Shown: in pieces, positions 61,980-64,000 of the stretch | How the letters are laid out: each line of letters starts with the position of its first letter | Position numbering within the stretch: position 1 is the stretch's first letter | Source of the DNA: an uncultured Spirochaetota bacterium | GTDB lineage: Bacteria; Spirochaetota; Spirochaetia; SZUA-6; Fen-1364 | Direction: 5' to 3' | NCBI GenBank assembly: GCA_963745235.1 | Contig: CAVUXE010000022.1 | Span: 67,039 to 131,038 of the forward strand | DNA length: 64,000 nucleotides | Translations under genes and position numbers: made by a program | Notes under the pieces: generated by a model | Database searches by the model: none | What the model was told of the DNA's origin: nothing | The model's input: only the letters and a program-made list of their open reading frames with translations

Positions 61980-64000
61980 GCTGGGTAGCTCTGGGCGATC
62001 CCTCGCCCAGAGCCCCCACGGACCCGTACGTGCGCGATTCGACGCATACGGTTCTTCGGGCCATAGTTTCACTGCTTAACAAGAGTGCGCTATCCGAGCT
62101 GCAGGGAGTGGATACCTCTGGAGCAGTTGCAGAGAACGCTCCCAGGGCATGTATTGCCCGCGACTGCGACGCATGAGCCACTTACGCCACGCTCTTTTGA
62201 CTTCGTAGAAGAAGCTGCTGATCCAGTGCGAGTTTCCAGTTATCCCGTAGTACGCGTAGTGTCCGTTGAGCTTCCATGTGAGCATACGTTGTTGATCCTT
62301 AAGCGGTAGATGGCGATTACGCCTACACCACTCACAGGTACTCTTCAGCGCCCGAGTAAAGCGACTCGGTTCCGTCTTTCGCTTCACGACCCACGCCCCT
62401 TTTCGACTCCGCCCCCAGTAGTGTGTGAAGCCCAGAAAATTGAACTTCGCCCACCGAGGTGGTTCAACCGTCCCTCCCTCGCGCTTCTGAGGCTTGTCGA
62501 AACATATCAACCGAGTTTTCTCGGGATGAATGGTGAGGCCATATTTGCCAAATCGCTTCGGCAGCACGTCCATCACCCGCTCGGCGTCCTCTTTGCGCGC
62601 AAACACCAGTACCTCGTCATCCGCAAACCGAATCAGGAACGCATCACCCTTCAGGCGCGGCTTCACCACCTCTGCAAACCATCTGTCCAGCACATCGTGC
62701 AGGTAGATGTTGCTTAAGATTGGTGAAATCACAGCGCCCTGTGGAGTCCCCCGCTCAGGGTAGCTTACCCCTCCCTCCTCCAGTACTCCAGCATTCAGCC
62801 ATTTCCCGATCAGACGAAGGAGCACCCCGTCACACACCCGCCTCTTGAGGATCTCTCTAAGGTGGCCTTTGTCGAGAGTGTCGAAAAATTTTCGTATGTC
62901 AAGATCAATTATCCACCCGCCACCCATCTTCATCAGCCCGTCCCGAAGTGCCCGCAACGCATCATGGGCTGACCGCCCTGGCCGAAATCCATACGAGCAG
63001 TCCAAAAACTCCTGCTCGTACAGCGGTTCCAGCACCATCTGCACTGCACGTTGCAGCACCTTGTCTTCGAAGGAGGTAATACCGATCGGACGTGTTTCAC
63101 CTTTCGTGCCCTTCGGTATATACACGCGCTTAACAGGAGGAGCGACATACGTTCCCGCTTTCGCCCTCTCCAGTAGGCTCCTGAGGTTACCCCCAAGATC
63201 CTTTGCGTATTCCTCGGCTGTCTGTCCGTCCACTCCCACCGCCGCGTCCTTGCGCGTGCGGAGGTAAGCTTCGTACAGCCATCGCAGGTCGATGTGATGC
63301 GCCAGCGACGTGAAACTCACCTCGGGATGAATCCTCGCGAGTTCCGTTATCCGCCGTTGTTTCGTTGACACGTCTGTGGATTCCATCGCATCCTCCGTGT
63401 GTCCCACCGACAGCTCTATGACCCGACGCCTCCCTTCCCTCCACGGGGTTCCTGCTGGGTTTGGTTCCCCCGCTTCAGCGGTACTGTGAAGGCGCTACGA
63501 CTTCTCGTTGACCGTTTCGCTTCGCTTCGTTTCCTTCGCTCGGCAATACCATTTGCAGCCTGCGTCTTTGTTCTTCGCTCCGCATGGGCATCATGACGCT
63601 TCTGCCCATGGGCCAGGGGTTCATTCTCTGGTGACCCTCGTCCAGTTTCCGAAGGCATGGAATCAACGAGATCTCCCAAGTTCCTGGGTGACCCTTATTC
63701 GTATTTGCCCTGTTCTCCGACCCCGGCGGGACCTCCACGTCGGGCCATTACGACGCTTCGGTGCTGTCCCCGCATAGTTAACTGCGAAGACTCCCGCATG
63801 GCTGCTATCGAGGCTCAATCGCACGGCTTTTACGATCGTTGTCTACGCTTCATGGCCACAGTCGCCTGTGGTCACGCAAGACTCACTTCCAGCTGCTGGC
63901 CAAGCTTTGCTGTGTTGGATTGGTTACCAACAGGGTCACGATGAAAGGTTTCCGCCTACATGCTGAGCATCCTCCTTTCCCAAGCTTTGCTTGGCGCGAT
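61980..64000 (-). mobile_element. Group II intron (about 2.0 kb) with its 5' end at or near the window edge
   Basis: Domain V GAACCGTATGCG...CACGTACGGGTC and domain VI GGGGGCTCTGGGCGA...TCGCCCAGAGCTACCC with a bulged A follow the RT stop; about 600 nt of non-coding ribozyme region precedes the ORF; lower GC than flanking genes. Confidence 0.88.
62076..63386 (-). CDS. ltrA: Group II intron reverse transcriptase/maturase without an endonuclease domain
   Basis: GVDG, RVYIPK, RPIGI, SYGFRPGRS, DIRKFFD, GTPQG, RFADD and FNFLGF, then an X domain; GGAGG RBS before ATG 63386. Confidence 0.93.
   Translation of the reverse strand: MESTDVSTKQRRITELARIHPEVSFTSLAHHIDLRWLYEAYLRTRKDAAVGVDGQTAEEYAKDLGGNLRSLLERAKAGTYVAPPVKRVYIPKGTKGETRPIGITSFEDKVLQRAVQMVLEPLYEQEFLDCSYGFRPGRSAHDALRALRDGLMKMGGGWIIDLDIRKFFDTLDKGHLREILKRRVCDGVLLRLIGKWLNAGVLEEGGVSYPERGTPQGAVISPILSNIYLHDVLDRWFAEVVKPRLKGDAFLIRFADDEVLVFARKEDAERVMDVLPKRFGKYGLTIHPEKTRLICFDKPQKREGGTVEPPRWAKFNFLGFTHYWGRSRKGAWVVKRKTEPSRFTRALKSTCEWCRRNRHLPLKDQQRMLTWKLNGHYAYYGITGNSHWISSFFYEVKRAWRKWLMRRSRGQYMPWERSLQLLQRYPLPAARIAHSC

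Noticed and set aside
62076-63386. RT as part of a DGR, retron or defence RT system
   Set aside because: Domains V and VI follow the ORF and the protein has maturase features; no template/variable repeat pair or msr-msd was seen

Overview
High-GC bacterial chromosomal segment, most likely from a free-living spirochaete (Spirochaetia). This is inferred from the prfA-prmC-rel gene order, a TPR-lipoprotein/MltD-LysM/hypothetical triad and spirochaete-style lipoproteins. Left to right: the end of an Opp/Dpp ABC operon with hydantoinase/oxoprolinase A and B genes; an accessory patch (MBL hydrolase, VOC protein, an SF1 helicase with a HEPN/DUF4145-like N-terminus, GNAT-TM0106 nuclease-desaturase, a J-domain protein, DinB-YtxJ); a tiny ribbon-helix-helix gene missed by the ORF track, ahead of a folate-type hut operon; ACT-fused glnE and sigma54-type glnA with a structured leader; rRNA-modification genes; an icd-led operon ending in an MFS-HEAT fusion; envelope and housekeeping genes; prfA-prmC-rel; an adenylate cyclase and surface-protein genes; a DUF222/HNH endonuclease; and a group II intron running to the window edge. 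About 20 genes or segments, including essential ones, are broken by apparent 1-nt indels. I read these as sequencing errors, so coordinates are given for reconstructed genes. No rRNA, tRNA or CRISPR array was seen. Best leads: the HEPN-like helicase beside a Cas4-like nuclease, the three-way-junction glnA leader, the RHH gene heading hut, widespread leaderless gene starts, the promoter and paired palindromes of the HNH gene, and an in-frame UAG in prmC. All family assignments come from motifs read by eye; no database searches were run.
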